64,000 bases of DNA from an uncultured Gammaproteobacteria bacterium (lineage in GTDB: Bacteria; Pseudomonadota; Gammaproteobacteria; Magnimaribacterales; TMED112): the NCBI GenBank assembly GCA_913020145.1, contig CAJWAI010000002.1, forward strand, positions 11,667 to 75,666, in the 5' to 3' direction. Under the pieces are notes generated by a model. It made no database searches. It saw only the letters and a list, made by a program, of their open reading frames with translations, and was not told the origin of the DNA. Positions 63,303-64,000 of this stretch are shown here, piece by piece. Each line of letters starts with the position of its first letter. Position 1 is the first letter of the stretch. A program made the translations under genes and the position numbers.

Positions 63303-64000
63303 TTATAAATCATCTATTAAATTATTAACACAGTTTCCAAAGGAATCGGTGCCTTTAACAAGACCCATTTCCTCACAAATTTCTGGAATATATACATCAT
63401 TCATATAATATCCAATTTCTTTTCTTCCATCGGAATAACTGTAAGTGCCTCGTCCATGGAATCCACCATCTTTGAATTCGCCTATATATTTGGCTCCGTT
63501 AGAGAAGTTGAGAGTGCCTTGTCCATGGAATCCACCATCTTTGAATTCGCCTACGTATTTGGATCCGTCAGCGTAAGTAATAGTGCCTTGTCCGTTATAT
63601 TTCATATCTTTATATTCGCCAACGTGTTTCAAAATCCTCTTATCTCCTTCTCCTGTGACATAAGTGCTAACCCCCTGTCCGTTCGGCATATCATCCCTCC
63701 ATTGACCGACGTATTTGTTTCCATTAGCCCAAGTGTAAGTTCCTTGTCCATGATATAAGTTATCCTTGAATTCGCCGACGTATTTGTCGCCTTTGTGTGG
63801 TTCATTCGCAAAAGTGTAAGTGCCTTGTCCGTGGAATTGGTTATCCTTCCACTGGCCGACGTATTTGTCGCCTTTGTTGGGTCCACTATAGGTTCGAGTG
63901 CCTTTTCCATGAGGGTTGCCATCCTTCCATTGACCGACGTATTTTTCTCCGTCGGCAAAAGTGTAAGTGCCTTGTCCGTGAAATTTATCATCCTTAAATT
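63303..64000 (-). CDS. MORN-repeat protein, C-terminal part (5' end beyond window)
   Basis: The minus-strand frame is open from 63998 down to the stop at 63303. At least 8 YVG(Q/E)(W/F)KD..xHGxGTxT(F/Y) repeats, then a short Cys-containing tail. The Met at 63689 is internal. Confidence 0.8.
   Translation of the reverse strand, partial: FKDDKFHGQGTYTFADGEKYVGQWKDGNPHGKGTRTYSGPNKGDKYVGQWKDNQFHGQGTYTFANEPHKGDKYVGEFKDNLYHGQGTYTWANGNKYVGQWRDDMPNGQGVSTYVTGEGDKRILKHVGEYKDMKYNGQGTITYADGSKYVGEFKDGGFHGQGTLNFSNGAKYIGEFKDGGFHGRGTYSYSDGRKEIGYYMNDVYIPEICEEMGLVKGTDSFGNCVNNLIDDL
63430..64000. repeat. Coding tandem repeat, ~69-81 bp period (MORN units)
   Basis: For example, ATGGAATCCACCATCTTTGAATTCGCC recurs 69 bp apart (about 63466 and 63535). 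CGACGTATTTGT(C/T) recurs at about 63708, 63775, 63856 and 63937. Confidence 0.7.

Noticed and set aside
63456-63997. Three ORFs in the track (63456-63758 +, 63629-63991 -, 63797-63997 +) over the right-hand repeat region.
   Set aside because: They are alternative-frame readings of the MORN tandem repeat. The minus frame continuous with 63303-63689 is open to the window edge and encodes canonical MORN units, so these are artefacts. The Met at 63689 is internal.
63430-64000. Regularly spaced ~69-bp DNA repeats, considered as a possible CRISPR array or other non-coding repeat.
   Set aside because: The repeats are contiguous with no unique spacers, are imperfect, and translate in frame into MORN units. 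No cas genes are present.

Overview
AT-rich (roughly one-third G+C by eye, not computed), very gene-dense bacterial chromosomal window: about 78 protein-coding genes and 2 tRNA-Gly genes. I found no rRNA, CRISPR array, transposase or integrase. Intergenic spacers are tiny, and many neighbouring genes share start/stop nucleotides, which is typical of a streamlined genome. The gene content (Gsp-type T2SS, two TonB-dependent receptors, PhoBR) suggests a marine gammaproteobacterium-like organism, but this is inference only. Left to right the window holds: an fbpABC-like iron ABC importer; housekeeping genes (pheA, glpK, sbcB, tadA, pyrC, thrS, cysS, folE); a set of small enzymes of unknown pathway next to a bacterial indoleamine 2,3-dioxygenase; a TonB-dependent receptor behind a Fur box; and a NatAB-like ABC exporter module. 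The most notable region is 39.7-60.1 kb, which reads as a phosphorus-acquisition block. An acyl-CoA ligase, phoB, a phoR-like kinase and a complete 12-gene type II secretion set (gspC-like through gspN) form one essentially gap-free co-directional string. This is followed by ppx/ppk2, a PiT phosphate transporter, and a TonB-dependent receptor overlapping a beta-propeller phytase. Other points worth a second look: a ~225-nt ORF-poor leader ending in an intrinsic terminator 27 nt before the pheA start; a Fur-box palindrome between the IDO and receptor genes; a long hairpin plus terminator 3' of that receptor; divergent genes sharing a CATG start; several unannotated small hydrophobic ORFs; an atypical QueD/PTPS homologue; and a MORN-repeat protein running off the right edge. 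All functional calls come from reading the translated ORFs for motifs and family resemblance. No database search was run.
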